Below are positions 62,301 through 64,000 of a DNA stretch of 64,000 nucleotides, piece by piece. The notes beneath the pieces are model-generated. The model did no database searches. It saw nothing but the letters and a program-made list of their open reading frames with translations, and was not told the DNA's origin. The stretch spans positions 8,432,001-8,496,000 of the forward strand of contig JBHGNT010000004.1 of assembly GCA_043228905.1 (NCBI GenBank). The letters run 5' to 3'. A program made the translations under genes and the position numbers. Origin of the DNA: Azolla caroliniana (Eukaryota; Plantae; Polypodiophyta). The stretch's first letter is position 1. Every line of letters begins with the position of its first letter.

Positions 62301-63948
62301 CCATGTTGTTGTAGAATCTTGTGGATTAAGGAGGGCGCATGAGGTGTCTAGTGTTGATGACACTGCAACCGATGAGGAGATAATTGCCAACGTGGCTGAA
62401 AGTAAGAGTCCTGCTATCACATCTCCTTCAGATCAGCTCCACCCTATTCTTTTGGAAAATGGTAATGAATTAGGAAACAATGTGAAAAGCCATGAAATAT
62501 TGGAAACAACATGTAAATCTGAGGTTCACAACAATAGTGTTTTTGAACACTTGATGCAACATTTCTTCGAATCCCAAAACCTTGTTTCCACCCCACTGAG
62601 CCTAACTACTGATAATGTCCAAACATATCCCACTGTATTGGAAAAGCTAGTGCAAGACGTGGCTGACCTGCAAGCCATTTCTGAGGTGATGGAAAGGTTG
62701 TCGAAGGAGGAAACACTTGCGCAATAGGTCAAAGAAGCAAGGCTAAATGGGCAACCGACTAGAAAAAGGCTGAAGAAGAAGCCACGATCAGGAACAAGAC
62801 CAGTTACTTGGTCAAGGGGCTCTTGAATTAGAGTGAAATACTTATTAGTGGGATATGATTGTTAGCGATTTTCCTAGGGTTTTATGAAGTTTTACTATGA
62901 TCTATTTGGACAAGTAAAACCTTAGATTGGTTGTTGCTCTAAGCACATTATGTAATGGAACTCTATGATATTTCTCCAAGATAATTATGTTCATGTTGTT
63001 CTATCATGGAAAATATTTCATGTTCATTATGTTGTTTTGTGAGACTATTAGTTACTTTGTGAGTGTGAATATGTTGGTGTTTTCTGATGTTGTAGAGTCT
63101 AAAGGGTTTGAATCTATTGCTCCTAAGGCCGATGGCAGTGTGGAAACTGTTGATGTTGTTGCGTGTTTAGAGGGCCACATCTTGAAAGTAGATGTAGCAA
63201 CTGACACAAATGATTGGTCACGCAAGTTGATCAAGCATGTTGCACAGATGATCTGATTTTGTAGCTAGATGCAGCATGTGATACCAGTGGGCTGATATTG
63301 GCCATATCAATATCTACATGCACCGAACCAATGACTAAGTCGACAACACAAGAGCACCAGAATGTGAAGCCAAACCCAACACAGTCGACCAGGGGTTTGA
63401 AGAGGAAAAGGACACCAATTGTGCCGACAGAACCTGAGTTGATTGAAATTGATCATGGGCTACCAGTAATTGGTATAACAGAGGCTCAACTACAGGAATG
63501 GAAACCTAAACCATTAGAAGTCGAAAGAAGATCCTTGATCTTGGAGCTTGATAAAGACCTTATGAGTGTGCGATATATGACACCAAGGAGAGACACAAAT
63601 CAATTTCTGGAGTGGGTTGTGCAATACTTTGATTTGTTTATTTGGATCGAAAAAACACATAAAGATGTGTGGAAGTGTGTAGAAAGATTCTTCCCGAAGT
63701 GGCGACAACATTTCGTGGGTCAGTGGACACGAGAGAATTGTGAGCAGAAGGATGTTGCAAGATTCAAAAGACTTTCTGATTTTTGGGACACTTGGCCAGA
63801 TTATAATGCCAAAAATACATTGATTCTAGATACAGAACATTTTCGACATTACTTCAACATTTGCAGATGCTATCTCATTCTACCCGATGAAATGCTTGAA
63901 CACTATTTGGTGAAAACATTGAGCTGCCAACTAGCTACATGGTTGTGA
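59380..63948 (+). pseudogene. Decayed multi-exon gene-like region: coiled coil, RING-like motif (~61215-61390), acidic low-complexity part, and FCP1/NIF-like HAD domain (63520-63948)
   Basis: GT-AG-like junctions (59561, 60065, 60748). HCIACG...QPWQHTYHIVC...C. RRSLILELDKDL...FLEWVVQYFDLFIW...WTRENC...YNAKNTLILD. In-frame stops are present. Confidence 0.55.
61415..62310. repeat. Minisatellite built on the palindrome GTAGCTAATTAGCTAC
   Basis: Many irregular ~33-51-bp units such as AGTGGTAGCTAATTAGCTACTACCATAGTTTAGTAC. Confidence 0.92.
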
Positions 63949-64000
63949 ACTCCATACCGAGCTCGGTATGCAGATCATATATGTAGAGAAGTTCCATTGA

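Overview
Eukaryotic land-plant nuclear DNA, probably a non-seed plant such as a bryophyte (inferred from the transposon lineages). Most of the window is nested transposable elements. One intact host gene is present: an 8-exon COQ2/PPT1-type 4-hydroxybenzoate polyprenyltransferase on the minus strand (32344->23596). It has a retroelement-filled 5.7-kb intron 4 and a copia LTR 16 bp after its stop codon. Positions 1-21.3 kb are a nest of Ty1/copia elements plus a young non-autonomous Ty3/gypsy-like element, and the nesting can be resolved with target-site duplications (TSDs). Upstream of the gene is a 3.8-kb Pack-hAT (16-bp TIRs, perfect 8-bp TSD) carrying DUF247 and O-fucosyltransferase gene fragments. 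Positions 38-59 kb hold degraded copia, tRNA-Trp-primed gypsy, Tf2-like and Sola-like remains. The window ends in a decayed gene-like region with RING-like and FCP1/NIF-like parts. The most novel signal: three divergent gypsy-like elements (3.2-8.3 kb, 42.5-43.9 kb, 57.2-59.3 kb) have no polypurine tract (PPT). Instead, each has a tRNA-3'-half mimic ending in CCA exactly 2 nt before the 3' LTR, with a compensatorily varying hairpin. Each also ends its extra ORF with a conserved acidic SIM-like tail. All comparisons were made by eye and no searches were run.
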